Shown: positions 38,491-53,242 of the stretch, one piece after another
Layout: every line of letters begins with the position of its first letter
How positions within the stretch are numbered: the first letter of the stretch is position 1
Assembly: GCA_951406725.2 (NCBI GenBank)
Contig: OX597825.1
Span: forward strand, 79,112,001 to 79,176,000
Origin: Octopus vulgaris
Lineage: Eukaryota
DNA length: 64,000 bases
Direction: 5' to 3'
The notes under the pieces: model-generated
Seen by the model: only the letters and a program-made list of their open reading frames with translations
Told to the model about the DNA's origin: nothing
Database searches by the model: none
Program-made: the position numbers and the translations under genes

Positions 38491-40289
38491 TTAAGTAAAA
38501 CCCGTTTTTTTTTTAATACATATATTTGTCTCTCTTTCTGACAAGTAAGAAAAATATTGTCGTAACGAGACGAGTTGCTAGCGCCAAGAAATATTTTGTC
38601 ATGCCTACACAAGTGTGACCCACACCGCCAACATTTCCCTCTTAAGTTTCGGGAAAATGCATTTTTGGAATGAAATTTTCCCCAAATATCTCTCAGATAG
38701 CGTGGATTCCGATTTTATTGGAATTTAAGACAAGAAATAAAATGGTGGCCATGCATGCGTACATACTGACGCATATTTATATAACATTGTTCCGGGTTCA
38801 GTCCCACTGCGTGGCACCTTGGGCAAGTGTCTGCTACTCTCTGTGTCTGTTTGTCTGTCTCCATCTCTCTCTCTTTTTCCAGTTGTCATATCTTGGATGT
38901 ACTGATCGGTTAAAGGCGAGGGAGCCCAAGATGGTACTGCCATATGCACTTCAAACAATTGGGAAAGCATGCAACACGTGACCAAGTCATGTAAAACCCC
39001 TTCTCAATAAATTCCAGACTTTGTGCCTATTGTAGAAAGACAACAAAAAAAGGCTTGTATATATGTATGTATGTATGTATGTGTGTATGTATGTGTGTAT
39101 GTATGTATGTATGATGTATGTATGTATGTATGTATGTATGCATGTATGTGTGTATGTATGTATGTATGCATGTATGTATAAGCAAACGTATATAAGTATG
39201 CGCACGCACACACACAAATACTTATCTTAATTTCTTAACAATCTTTTCAGTTCAATTATGTTTTTATGAAATTAATCTGGCAACATTGGTTCAGAGCACA
39301 AATTTATAATTTAAATCCTTTGTCATTTAAGAAAGGAGGGAAGAAGATAAAATGAAACTGAAAGGAATCATGTACAGAAAAACAGAACCTGGTAGCAGTG
39401 CCTTTGGTATGGACGTATGTAAATATATTCAAGTATTGACATATACGTATTTTAATGAGTCTATACAGAAATATGTATGTATATTTATGTGTGGAGAGAG
39501 TGAGAAAGAGAGAGGAGGTAAATGGTGCAAGGGAAGTAACTTCGAATTTTTATCTTCATGCAGTTTAAGGCATGATGGCTCGACATGCTAGAAATAGCAG
39601 TCAAACTAAACAATTTGTTGTCTTTAAAAAGAAGTGGGAGATATTTGATAGTGTATTTCTTGATAAATACGAAAAATAGCAGAAACCCATCCAAAATTGG
39701 ATCGTAACAGCTGGAAATTTCATCATATTCCTGCTCTATAAGAACTGATGAATATAGTGACACACAAACACACTGATCTTGCCACAAAAAAATTAGCTCG
39801 TCAGAAAATCTCTATAGATTGCAAACTGGAGTGAACTACTGCTATCTCTAGCAGGCGAATATCCACCACCGAGGATAACCACAAAGAGGTCGAGACCGTA
39901 AGGTCTGGTGCTCTGGTGGCTAGAAGATCGTAGGAGTTCACTCCCCTTGTAATAACTATCAGATGCAGATTGCATCAAATAACCAGCTGGAGGAGGAGTC
40001 CTCCTGGGGTTAAAATTGATAGTAACTTTGGTTCCTACCGAACAGTCACTTTTAAGAGGTGTTAAACATTACTTTTCAATATGGCTACTACTCTCATCTT
40101 TTAGAGAGATTTTCTGATTTGCTAATTAGCTCGTTGACTTTTAAACATTTATTTACAAATTTCTTTCGGTCACTCAGAATACACGACTCTATTTTTGTAT
40201 TCCCCCCATCCAATTATTTCAGTTTCATTTTTACTCCCACAGATGTCTATACCTCAAACCAGAGATTGTCCAGGGTGTTTTTTTTTTTT

Positions 40290-40766
40290 TATTCAATCCT
40301 TTGGAGGCACTCTGCTTCCTAGTTTAATTCCCTAAAATTAAATTTATCATCGATTAATGCAACTCTGGTAACGGATTAATGACGGCTGATTCAATCTTTG
40401 ATCTCCAAATTAGTCAACCTGAAAACTGGAGATTTGTGTCATAATCTTAGACAAAGCTGCAGTAGAGACACTTTACGAATTTATAAATGATTGCTTTTTT
40501 CTTGTCCCAATTTGTGCTTGAACCAACGAAACACATCAAAAGTGCTTTGGACCCCATAATGAGTAACCATTGCTAACACAATTCATAACACCATCATTGG
40601 AGAAAAACAACTCTAGTAGACTACAACATGTAGCATCGTTTTTCTGTAGCGTTGTTTTTCCTCCTCCATGTATGAGATAAAATTGATGACCCCCACCTCC
40701 AACACAACCATTTGGCAACACAGATCTATATCAAATGGAATGTATGAGTTATTGCTGGTTGACTAA

Positions 40767-40827
<61 letters not shown>

Positions 40828-42710
40828 ATCTAATATCAAAGTGTGTTGGCAGCTTTATGAGGACACAGTTGCCTGCATACAAGGTAACTGTGCAAACTAC
40901 ACTCCATCAGACCCATGAGCAAAAACAAATGCAAACTCTTGAGAGAGGGAAAAACATTCACCAGGAAAATAAAGAGAACAAAAGAAAAAAACAAACTAAA
41001 AAATACTGCTATCAGCAGCTTCCATTTGTCATAGCAACAACAATACTAGAATTGTAAAAAACATTTTCAGAACTGAATGGCATCTGTCATTAATGGTCAA
41101 AGGGATGCTTATGAAAACTGGGCCATCATGAAAATTGGACACAATCCCAAAGCCTTCTATTCATTCGCAAAAAAATTCTAACTGCTTTTTTCATCCATTG
41201 GTCCACTGACTGATGAAGACAACATTCTTCACAACAACACCAGACAAATAGCAAAGATTATAAAGAAGCAATACTGCTCTCTTTTTACCGATCCTGATGC
41301 AGTTGGCTCAGGTAGTATCTATAAAATAAATCCTTAACCTATCCTCCCTGATATAACTTTCAACACTGCAGACATCATTGCTGCAATTCATAAAATTAAA
41401 ATCAATCCATCAGTGGGCCCTGACAGGTTCCCTGATAGTATTCTGAAGGAATGCAAACATCATCTTGGGATTTCTTCTTGCTAATCTTGGGACCAAATCA
41501 CTGGACTCTAGTTTTATTTCCAAACCTTTTCCATCCCTGTCTGTAATTTCCAAATTTAAAAAGGGAAATAAATCAATCACAATCAATCACTGTCAGATCT
41601 CACTAAATTCTCGTATTATTAAAGTGTTGAAAAGGGAAGTGAAATTTGAAAAAATCTGCCCCTTCGAAAGAGAAAACATCTGGGCATGGGCAACCTTTTT
41701 TGAGAAACACGCCACATGATACAGGGTTTATCATCAAGCAGGCTGCAGGTGTTAATTTAGATTTGAGCCCATATTTAAAAGACAACAAGGGAGGTACCCA
41801 CAATGCAACAGGTGTAATAAGGGATGTCAAGCATGTAATAATTATTCCTCTTTGATACCTATTTCTTTACTACCCACAAGGGGCTAAACACAGAGAGGAC
41901 AAACAAGGACAGACAAACGGATTAAGTCAATTATACCGACCCCAGTGCGTAACTGGTACATATTTAATCGACCCCGAAAGGATGAAAGACAAAGTCGACC
42001 TCGGCGGAATTTGAATTCAGAACGTAACGGCAGACGAAATACCACAAAGCATTTCGCCCGGCGTGCTAACGTTTCTGCCAGCTCGCCACCTTTCTTTGAT
42101 ACCAGCTTCCCTCAACCTTTTAGAGTGAAAGAGAGAGAGAGAAAGTGTGTGTGTGATTGTGTGAACAGGTAAGAATGGAATGAGAATTTAAACAAAATAT
42201 GAATAAACGTTATTTTCGATCATGAAATTAGGTGGTCCCCATTCAGAGAGCATCACAGGCCAGTTTTCCCCTGACTGACCAAGACCACAACCATCATGGT
42301 TTACTTGGTGGCAGAGACTGCCTAACGAAGCTTTTGTACCAGCTTGGTGACATTTCAAATGCCCTGCCAAACATCTCCAACACACATGGCATTCATCTTG
42401 ATTGCAGTAAAGCTTTCAACAGAGTCAACCACAGCATGTTACAAAAGAAATAATCCAACATCAGAGTCTGTGGTCAGCCACTGCAGTGGAGTAAATGTTT
42501 TCTGACAAGCACAACCCAACACATTGTGGTTGACAGAATTTACTCCAGATGTCATTAGTGGTATCGTTCTGCAAGGTTATGTGTTAGGTCCACTTCTATT
42601 TATTATTTACATAAACGAAACCAAAAATGCAATTAAACTTTGTGAAATAAAACATCTTTACAGATATGACACTCAACTCCAGAAATTATTCAACAGATTA
42701 TGTGACTGAG
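40290..42710 (+). mobile_element. Highly decayed CR1/L2-group LINE ORF2 (APE endonuclease plus reverse transcriptase)
   Basis: Ordered motifs: LYEFINDCF/QFVLEPT, NPKAFYSFAK, SIGPLTDED, KIKINPSVGPDRFP..ILKEC, KFKKGNKS...ISLNSRIIKVLKR, HGLLGGRDCLTKLL...HLDCSKAFNRVNH, QGYVLGPLLFIIYIN. Interrupted by (CT)n and a family C SINE at 41856-42090. Confidence 0.9.
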
Positions 42711-42818
42711 CACAACATTAGTCCAAACTCTGGTCTGCGATGTGGGACTGAACCCAGAACCATGTGGTTGGGAAGTAAACTTCTTACAACACAGCCATGC
42801 CTGCACCTATATGTCACC

Positions 42819-42850
<32 letters not shown>

Positions 42851-43198
42851 TGTCATCATAATCATCATCATTGTCGTCGTCGTCGTCATCATCATCATCA
42901 TCATCACATTGTCATTGTCGTTGTCGTCATCATCATCATCATTGTTGTCATTGTCATCATTGTTTTAACACCCTCTTTTCCATTCTTGCATGGCTCAAAT
43001 GGGATTTGCCTGGACAGATTTTCTGCGCTTGGATACCCTTGCTGTCACCAACCCTCATCTGTTTCCAAATAAGGTAATATTTCCTCATGGCCAGACATGT
43101 TTCCATGAAAGATTGGAAATGAAAGACACTGTTTGTATGATCATGACTCTCCTTTACAACTATCATGCAATGTCAAGGCAGAAAGACAATAACACATA

Positions 43199-43232
<34 letters not shown>

Positions 43233-43797
43233 CACAATGGGCTTCTTTCAGTTTCCGTCTGCCAAATCATTGTATGAAGCTTTTGTTGGTTCGGGGCTAT
43301 GGTAGAAGACCCATGTGCAAAGTGCCATACAGTGGGACTGACCCCAAAGGCCGTTGGGAAGCAGATGTCTCATATCACAGCCACATTCATACACATTTAA
43401 TGTAGAGGCGCAATTGCCCAGTGGTTAGAGCAGCAAACTTGCAGTCGTAGGATTGCGGTTTCGATTCCCAGACTGGGTGTTGTGAATGTTTATCAAGTGA
43501 AAACACCTAAAGCTCCACAAGGCTCCGGCGGATGGGGTGGGGGACCAACCCCGTTGTACTCTTACACCACAACTTAACTTTCTTTCACTCTTTCTTCCTG
43601 TTTCTGTTGTACCTGTATTTCAAAGAGCCTTCCTTGTCACACTCTGTGTCACACTGAATCTCCCTGAGAACTACATTAAGGATACATGTGTCTGTGGAGT
43701 ACTCAGCCACTTGTACGTTAATTTCACGAGCAGGCTGTTTCGTTGATCATATCACCTCATCGTCGTAACCAAAGAAGTGCCACGAATGTATTTATGT

Positions 43798-44014
43798 ATC
43801 TTTGTCTGTCTTTCTGTTTGTCTATCTATCTATCTGTTTGTCTGTCTATCTAATCACCTATCTATCTGTCTGTCTGTTTGCCTAATTATCTATCTATCCA
43901 TCAGTCTGTCTGTCTGTGTGTCTATGTATCTATCTATCTGTCTGTCTATCTATCTATCTGACTACCTATCAAATCTATCTATATATCTACCTACCTACCT
44001 ATCTATCTATTTAA

Positions 44015-44053
<39 letters not shown>

Positions 44054-44150
44054 CCTACCTACCTATCTGTCTATCTATCTATCTATTTAACTATCTATCT
44101 ATCTATCTATCTACCTACCTACCTATCTATCTATCTACCTACCTACCTAC

Positions 44151-44182
<32 letters not shown>
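43798..44182. repeat. (TCTA)n/(TCTG)n/(CCTA)n array
   Basis: Seen directly. Confidence 0.95.
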
Positions 44183-44611
44183 GTGAATATACACATACAT
44201 GTATGATCTGTTAGACCCAATTTTTACATGCTTTTATTTATAGCCTAATCTACTTTGCAGTATATAAATGTGTGTGTGTGCATATTTATATATAGATGTA
44301 TATATTTATTCACAGAAAAAGACAGAAAGATAATGTTATAAATACATAATTATTCAAAGGGTGTAAGGGGTGTAGAATTATATTTTTTCCCATGGAGTGG
44401 TCATGGCTATATATATATATACATCACAAGTGTTAATAAAGTACAGCAATAATACACGTTATCTGCACAACTACCTGTCACCTGAAGTGGCAGATTACAC
44501 TCAAGAAGATGATATATATTCATAATCTGGGAAAACAGATTCGCTACATTTATATATATATATACATATATATATACATACTTGAGTAGCATTGTAGTAA
44601 TTAAAAGAAAG

Positions 44612-45204
44612 CATCATCATCACCATCATCTACTTCATCATCATCATCATCATTCTCATCATCACCATCATCATCATCATTGTCACCGTAATCATGATCA
44701 TCATCGTCGCCATCATCATCATCATTGTCATCATCGTCGCCATCATCATCATCATTGTCATCATCGTTGTCATCATCATCATCATAATCGTTATCATCAT
44801 CATTGTCACCGTAATCATCATCATTGTCGTCATCAGCATTATCATCATCATCATCGTCGTCATCATTATCATCGTCATCATCATCATCATCGTCATCATC
44901 ATCATCATCATTGTCGTCGTCATCATCATCATCGTCATCATCATCATCATCGTCATCATCATCATCGTCGTCATCATCTTCATCATCATCATCGTCATCA
45001 TCGTCATCGTCGTCATCATTATCATCATCGTCATCATCATCATCATCGTCATCATCATCGTCATCATCATCATCGTCATCATCATCGTCATCATCATCCT
45101 CGTCGTCATCATCATCATCATCATCGTCGTCATCATCATCGTCATCATCATCATCGTCGTCATCATCATCATCATCATCATCATCTTCATCGTCATCGTC
45201 GTCG

Positions 45205-45239
<35 letters not shown>

Positions 45240-45294
45240 GTCATCATCATCGTCATCATCATCCTCGTCGTCATCATCATCATCATCATCATCG

Positions 45295-45329
<35 letters not shown>

Positions 45330-45446
45330 GTCATCATCATCATCATCGTCATCATCATCATCATCATCGTCGTCATCATCATCATCATCATCATCTTCAT
45401 CGTCATCGTCGTCGTCATCATCATCATCATCATCATCATCATCGTC
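44612..45446. repeat. ~830-bp (CAT)n/(CGT)n array
   Basis: Seen directly; produces the poly-H, D, S, I and M ORFs. Confidence 0.97.
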
Positions 45447-46568
45447 AGTGATTGTGCTTGTGATTGCAGTTATGCTAGCTGTGGCTGTGGACATTGAGGT
45501 CGATGTGGTCTTTTGGCTAGGGTTGTAGCGGTCAAATCCCAAATCATCATGGTCGACATAGTCAGCATTATCATAATCATCGTCGTTGTTGTTGGTAGTG
45601 GTAGCCATGGTGGATTGGCAGAATTGCTAACATGGCTTCTCTTCCCTTCAAACTGTGTTGTGTTATTTATGCATATTTATCACTTTGATGGTTGTAATTA
45701 TGTTAAACTGTCGAATGTCCAAATTTGGCCAAATGTGTATTTTTTCCATATTTATTTTTGCTTGCAATAGCCGGTTCTTTTGGTCAAACTATCGTATCTC
45801 CAGGTGCTTCAGATGCCAAGATCTCAAAAATTGTTAATGTCTAGTACAAGGGTTTTGCTAGGGAATAGAGAAACTATTTTTTCGTTTTCTGAAAAAGCAA
45901 CGTTTTGGACTTATGACACTTTTGCACAATAGTAATGCTGTGTGTGTGTATTGTGTGTGTGTGTGTATTGTGTGTGTTGTGTATGTGTTGTGTGTGTGTG
46001 TGTATTGTGTGTGTGTGTGTATTGTGTGTTTGTGTGTGTGTGTGTGTGCGCGCGCACGTATGTGGTCCGTTTAAGCTGCAATTTTTATAATTTATGTGAA
46101 TTTATTATCTAAAGATGGCAGAACAAAAATACTGAACATAACCTCTTAAAGAGTCCCTTTAAGCTGCAATTAAATAACCACAAGTCCTCAATTAGGGTCC
46201 CAGTGTGGTGCAATGTTATAGCATTGGCCAACTACATATAACACTTAAGAGAAGAAGGAATACCATACAGGATGAAATGGAAGCTCCTGGAACAGCCTGG
46301 ACCATACTTCAATGGAAGCAGATAGTGAAAACTTGGCTTGGCTGAGAAGGTCAATAAACTTCTGACCTAGATTATACTTTGACCTATTTATTCTATTTAT
46401 AGACTTGCTTATTTGTAATTCATGTGAATTTATTATCTAAAGATGGCAGAACAGAAAAATACTTCACACAACCTCTTAAGATATTAAGTGCTTATTATTG
46501 ATGTTCCTCTAATTGCTTTACCTTCTCTTTCACTTAGTTTTAGTGAACAGTTATGCATTATCCTCATC

Positions 46569-46722
46569 CAGTTCTATATTTAAGAGATGAGGGATTATGT
46601 ACATTAAGTACATTATTTTATTATTAACAACAAACAAGATGAGGACAAATATCCATCAAATGTAAATAATGTAAACAATGTAAATAATGTACATAATTCT
46701 TCATCTCTTAAATATAGAACTG
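46569..46722. mobile_element. 154-bp MITE with ~10-bp TSD, inserted into an RTE (GAT)n tail
   Basis: TIRs CAGTTCTATATTTAAGAGATGA and TCATCTCTTAAATATAGAACTG. Flanks are TATCCTCATC (46559-46568) and TATCATCATC (46723-46732). Confidence 0.82.
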
Positions 46723-47115
46723 TATCATCATCCAGTGTTTTAAATCCGGGTTTTGTCCTCGTTAATGGGGGTGGCTGGATCTACCTCAGTTCCATAGCAA
46801 CTGCCCTCACACCATCTCGCCATCTTGCCTAGTTTTGGACATCCTCCTTTTTCAAACCAACCCTTTCAATCTCCTCCTCCACCTGTCCCCTCCACCTTCT
46901 TCTTGGTCTACCTCGCTTTCGTGCTCCATTTACCTCAAACGCAATCACCCCCCTCAGAACATGCTCTTCATTCCTCCTCGACACATGTCCATACCACCTC
47001 ACTCCATTCACCCTTGCCAACAATTCCACTGATTCCTCCAACCCCAGCATCCCCATCAAATCCCCAGTCTTCCTCCTATCAAACAGCTTCACCCCCACAC
47101 ATTTCTCTCACCTCA
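46723..47115 (-). mobile_element. RTE LINE 3' end
   Basis: VRWYGHVSRRNEEHVLRGVIAFEVNGARKRGRPRRRWRGQVEEE, followed by a short UTR and a GATGATGAT tail. Confidence 0.92.
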
Positions 47116-47501
47116 TGATTATTGTAACATGTTATTTAACCCTTGGTCAATAATGCTCAAGTGGACCTATGATTAAAGAACTTTCAGTTGTGACTATAAA
47201 ATTTGTTTGTTTTTACATAGACATAAGTATATCTAAGGATATATTATTAAATGTTTCTCTTTTTAATGACAGAAATGTGTTAATCTGCAAGAGATTTGGC
47301 TACTATTTTTAGAAGGCTGAGTGCTCATATAGAAGCTTCGTTAGCTGTCATAGGTGCTCTCTGGTAATGAATGAACATCCCAACATCTTATTTCATTTGT
47401 CCTTTGATCTATAAAAGAAGTCATTATTGTGCCATTCAACAAGTAATTGGGAAAAAAATGAAAAATAAAAAAGGCAAAAACATATTAGATGTTGCACATA
47501 C

Positions 47502-47913
47502 AGGCGCAGGAGTGGCTGTGTGGTAAGTAGCTTGTTTACCAACCACATGGTTCCGGGTTCAGTCCCACTGCGTGGCACCTTGGGCAAGTGTCTTCTACTA
47601 TAGCCTTGGGCCGACCAATGCCTTGTGAGTGGATTTGGTAGACGGAAACTGAAAGAAGCCTGTCGTATATATGTATATATATATGTATGTGTGTGTATAT
47701 ATGTCTGTGTGTGTGTTTGTCCCCCTAGCATTGCTTGACAACCGATGCTTGTGTGTTTATGTCCCCCGTCACTTAGCAGTTCGGCAAAAAGAGACCGATA
47801 GAATAAGTACTGGACTTACAAAGAATAAGTCCCGGGGTCGAGTTGCTCAACTAAAGGCGGTGCTCCAGCATGACCGCAGTCAAATGACTGAAACAAGTAA
47901 AAGAGTAAAAGAG
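47502..47913 (+). mobile_element. Family A SINE, full length
   Basis: Matches family A. Other copies or fragments at 49850-50160 (-), 52640-52925 (+) and 34070-34680 (+, interrupted). Confidence 0.9.
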
Positions 47914-49260
47914 TATATGCGATTGAGAAGCTTGCTTCCCAACCATGTGGTCTTGGGTTCAGTTCCACAGTGCAGTACCTTGAGCATTTTCTACTGTAGC
48001 CTTGAGGTCCCTGAGTAGTTGTGAGCAAACATAGGCACCTGATCATCTGGCTCACCTTTAACTCAGTTAAGTAATCAGAATGTGACAGTTGAAGAGAGTG
48101 AGGGCTGCACCCACTCATGTAGCCTTGGTGGTGGGGTCGTCTGCCCTGGGCAACACTTTTAAAGGGGAAGCACTTTTGGTTCTGCTGTAGGTAATATGTT
48201 TTTTGTGGGGTCCGGGGGTAGAGTTTTATGAGTCCAACAGTTGTTTTTGGTGGCTTGGTGGTCCAGAATAATGATAGTTACTTGGATCCATTATCAGATA
48301 ACACTGCTTCCATCTTCAGGGGAGAATTTTACATAGGAGAATGGAAAGGCTGTCCCGGGTGGCACACACTCTAGCTATTCTAGTGGCTGCACCAGCACTC
48401 AACAGGCACTCTTTTACACTTGAATGGATAGTAGCAATGTGAAATGAAGAACCTTGTTCAAGGAGGTAAGCAAGAAGAACAAAAGTAGATAAATTTCTCA
48501 TTACAGGTGTTTCTGAAATTGTGTCAATGACCAGGTCACAGATGTGTAACGAACAATTTTGATACTTCGTTGAAATTAATTAAGAGTTTTTGTTATTAAA
48601 TGGTTAGAATGGTCCTGTGGTTCTTCTGCAATGTTGTCGCTTACATTGCAAGATAACGTCTTGGATGAAGTCGTTTGCTCAATGAATGCAGCTCAACAGC
48701 CACGAAACCTCCATTCAGAATATAAAAGCTCCGAGGAATGTTGTTGCATGTTGTATGGAAGAGGAAGTGAGGTGGAGGAGGAGGAGGAGGAGGAGGAGGA
48801 GGAGGAGGAGGAGGAGTAGAAGAAGAAGAAGGGGAGGAGGAGAGTAGGAGTAGAAAGGGAAGAAGAAGAAGAATGAAGAAGAAGAAGAAGACGACGAGGA
48901 AGAAATACATCCTTAAAAAAAATGGACAGTAATCTTAAAGCTGTTTCAGTCAATTTAATAAAACCAGTCAGTCCTATCAAATATTTTTATTTTGCTTTCT
49001 TTTGAACCGAATATCTACTTTTTAATACGAAGTTCAAGAGAAAAGAAAAGAAAAGAAAATAAAAGAGAAGAGAAGAAAAGAAAAAGAAAGAGATTTAGCT
49101 GAGCTGAAATGCCAGTCTTTGTTTAAGAAAGGTCGAGCGTGTGAGTGGAAGAGCATTGTTAAACGTTTGTTCTGCTTCGTATCAGGCTGTTATATAACAG
49201 ACATGTTTAGGAAGACAGCCTGAGCAAATGTCTTCTACTTTCAGGCATGTGTGTATAATA

Positions 49261-49303
<43 letters not shown>

Positions 49304-49326
49304 CTCCCTCTCTCTCTTTCGGAGAG

Positions 49327-49822
<496 letters not shown>

Positions 49823-50285
49823 CATTTTTTTATTCATTTGTTTATTTTTTAGCTTTAAAGTTGTTAGACTGCAGCCATGCTGGAGCACCATCTTGAAGCA
49901 TTTTTAGTCAAGCAAATCGATTCCAGCATTATTTTTTTTTAAAAGCCTGGTACTTACACTATCGGCACTCTTTTGCTGGACTGCTGGGTTAAGGGGATGT
50001 AAACACACCAACACTGGTTAAGCAGTGGTGGGCGATAAACACAGACACACATGTATATATATGTGTGTGTGTGTGTGTACGACAGGCTTCTTTCAGCTTT
50101 CACTGACCAAATCCACTTACAAGGCTATGGTTGGCCAAAGGCTATAGTAGATGACATTTGCCCACCAACATATGTATGTATGTATGTATGTATGTATCTA
50201 TCTATCTATCTAGTTTTCTGTGTGTGTGTGTATGAACAATGGACATTAAATGATAATGATGATGATGATGATTATGGTGATGATT

Positions 50286-50329
<44 letters not shown>

Positions 50330-51010
50330 ACATATATAATGAGTTAAAAAACATATAACAAATACACAAACAAATGGGAAACAGACATAACAGGATACCA
50401 CATGGCCTAGTGGTTAGAGCAGCGGACTCACGGTCGAGGGATCGTGGGTTCGAATCTCAGGCCAGGCGAAGTGTGTGTTTATGAGCGAAATACCTAAGCT
50501 CTATGCGACTCCGACAGAAGGTAATGGTGAACTTCTGCTAACTCTTTCACCACAAGTTTCTCTCACTCTTTCCTCCTGCATCTTGCAGCTCACCTGCAAC
50601 AGACCGGCATCCCGTCCAGGTGGGGAACCTATACGCCAAGGAAACCGGCCCTTATGAGCCAGGGATGGCTCGAGAAGGAACAAAACTCCTCACCAGTTAT
50701 CAGGCCAGTAGGTATGCATGTATGTATGGATATTACTGCCTCTGTCACTAATAAATATTGTTTTAACAAGCTCACTGACTAATCAAGACACCGACACCTG
50801 TTCTGGCACTGTTTTTCTATATATCGCTGGTAGGGAGACGAATCGCTGCTATTTCTAGCGGTCGAGTGTCCATCATTGACAAGACCAACAAAAGACAAAA
50901 TGACATGATTTGGTGGTCTGGGTGCTGGAGGTAGCAGGGATCTATCTCCCTGCTATTAATATAAATAAAAGTGCATTTTACACCAAAACCTAATATGAGA
51001 ATTTTTCTCA

Positions 51011-51044
<34 letters not shown>

Positions 51045-51574
51045 TTCTCCCTCTTCTTTCCCCTCCTTCTCCTCCTCTGGCTGCTCCTGCTTAAAACATC
51101 AATTGTCTGTACCTAAACTATTCCTTCAAATTTACTACTACCTACCTAACTACCTACCTACTTACCAGACATTCACACAGGAATAGAGAGAGAGACAGAC
51201 AGACAGACTGTCTGAAAACTATGGAAATATTTACCTATTCAAAGACTATGAAAACATCTACAAAACATTTCACTTAATTTTTTTTCTCCAATATAATTGT
51301 TTTTCTTATTTTACTCTTAATCGAAAAAGTCTAAAAGTCAGAAACCGGTACTAAAATGGACTTCGTGATAAATTTATTTTACCATTTTCTACCTTGTCTT
51401 ATTTTCCTTATATATATATAGGTTATGAGAGGTAATGGTGTCATTGAGACCCAAAGGTGTCAAGTAATGCTGAATAAGTGCTAGAGATAGACCATAGTTA
51501 AGTTTCAGGTTTGGTGATTATGCGAATTAGGGGTTCAACGTTGGTCATATGTCACCGTGTGTATCATCATCATC

Positions 51575-52522
51575 CTCATCATCATTTAGCGTCCGTTTTC
51601 CATGCTAGCATGGGTTGGACGGTTCAACTGGGGTCTGGGGAGCCCGAAGGCTGCACCAGGCCAGTCAGATCTGGCAGTGTTTCTACAGCTGGATGCCCTT
51701 CCTAACGCCAACCACTCCGAGAGTGTAGTGGGTGATTTTATGTGCCACCGACACAGGTGCCAGACGAGGCTGGCGAACGGCCACGCTCGGATGGTGTTTT
51801 TTATGTGCCACCGACACAGGTGCCAGACGAGGCTGGCAGACGGCCAAGCTCGGATGGTGTTTTTATGTGCCACCGACACAGGTGCCAGATGAGGCTGGCG
51901 AACGGCCACGATCGGATGGTGTTTGTTACGTGCCCACAGCACAGAGGCCAGTCGATGCGGTACTGGCTACGGCCACGTTCGGATGGTTTTCTTGTGTGCC
52001 ACCGGCACTGGTACCACAAAGATACAAATTCCATTGATGTTCATCTATTTTGATTTGTTTTGATTTTCACTTGCCTCAACAGGTCTTCACAAGTGTCACA
52101 AGAAGTAAGGTATGCACAGGTGGACTGACTACGTCCCAGGTAGGGGCCACGGGTTATGGCCTGACTAGTCTTGCCGGGTCTTCGGATGGTGTTTTTATGT
52201 GCCACCGACACAGGTGCCAGATGAGGCTGGCGAACGGCCACGATCGGATGGTGTTTGTTACGTGCCCACAGCACAGAGGCCAGTCAATGCGGTACTGGCT
52301 ACCGCCACGTTCGGATGGTTTTCTTGTGTGCCACCGGCACTGGTACCACAAAGATACAAATTCCATTGATGTTCATCTATTTTGATTTGTTTTGATTTGA
52401 TTTGATTTGATTTTCACTTGCCTCAACAGGTCTTCACAGGTCTTCACAAGTGTCACAAGAAGGAAGGAAGGTATGCACAGGTGGACTGACTACATCCCAG
52501 GTAGGGGCCACGGGTTATGGCC
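51575..52522 (-). mobile_element. Long family D element with internal ~55-60 bp subrepeats and a ~330-bp tandem duplication
   Basis: Repeated tgtgccaccgacacaggtgccagacgaggctggcgaacggccacg. Segment ~51851-52162 recurs at ~52183-52522. Related plus-strand copies at 54443-54784 and 60201-60608. Confidence 0.85.
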
Positions 52523-53242
52523 TGTATATAAAATTTTTTTTCATAATGAGATTAAAATCCAAGGCTGTGTAGATTTTCTTCTCATATCTACACAGCCTTG
52601 TTTTTTTTATCTCATTACGAAATAAAATTTATATATATATAACCTTGGGCCGACCAAAGCCTTGTGAGTGGATTTGGTAGACAGAAACTGAAAGAATGTA
52701 TGTGTGAAAGTATGTGTGTGTGCGTGTATGTATTTGTGTGTGTCCGTGTTTGTCCTCCCCCACCATCACTTGACAACCTACGTAGGTGTGTTTGCATCCC
52801 CATAACTTAGCAGTTTGGCGAAAGCGATTTATAGAATAAGTACTAAGCTTACAAAAAATAAGTCTTAGGTTTGATATTTGTTCGACTAAAAGTGGTGCTC
52901 CAGCATGGCTGCAGTCAAATGACTGATAAGAGTGTGTGTATGTGTATGTCTGTGTGTGTGTGTGAGCGCACGTGCGTGCATCCCCCTCCTCCTCTTCCTC
53001 CTCCTCCTCATCATCATCATCTTCATCATCATCATTGGGTATGGAATAGAAATAAGTGCATAAAATAAATAAAAGCAAAACGATAACAATCAATAAAAAA
53101 ACCCACTAGCACAGGCTTGATTTTCTTGAAATAGCAGCCAATATTCCCTCAAGCTCACAACACATTTCCATTTTTTTCTTTGTCTGCTTCTTCTACAAAT
53201 CCTTGCAATGGCCTCTGCATCCTCTCACCAATTACGATCTCT

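Noticed and set aside
39793-39978. 61-aa minus-strand ORF of ordinary composition
   Set aside because: No recognisable motif. It lies just 5' of the decayed CR1-like LINE and may be part of it.
44582-45608. 234-335 aa poly-His/Asp/Ser/Ile/Met ORFs (also 6284-7114, 19214-19458 and 22881-23576)
   Set aside because: Open in nearly all frames because (CAT)n/(CAC)n arrays lack stop codons. No domain or splice context.
51730-51960. Regularly spaced ~55-60 bp repeats resembling a CRISPR array
   Set aside because: The units are full tandem subrepeats with no unique spacers, lie inside a dispersed SINE-like family, have no cas genes nearby, and the context is eukaryotic.
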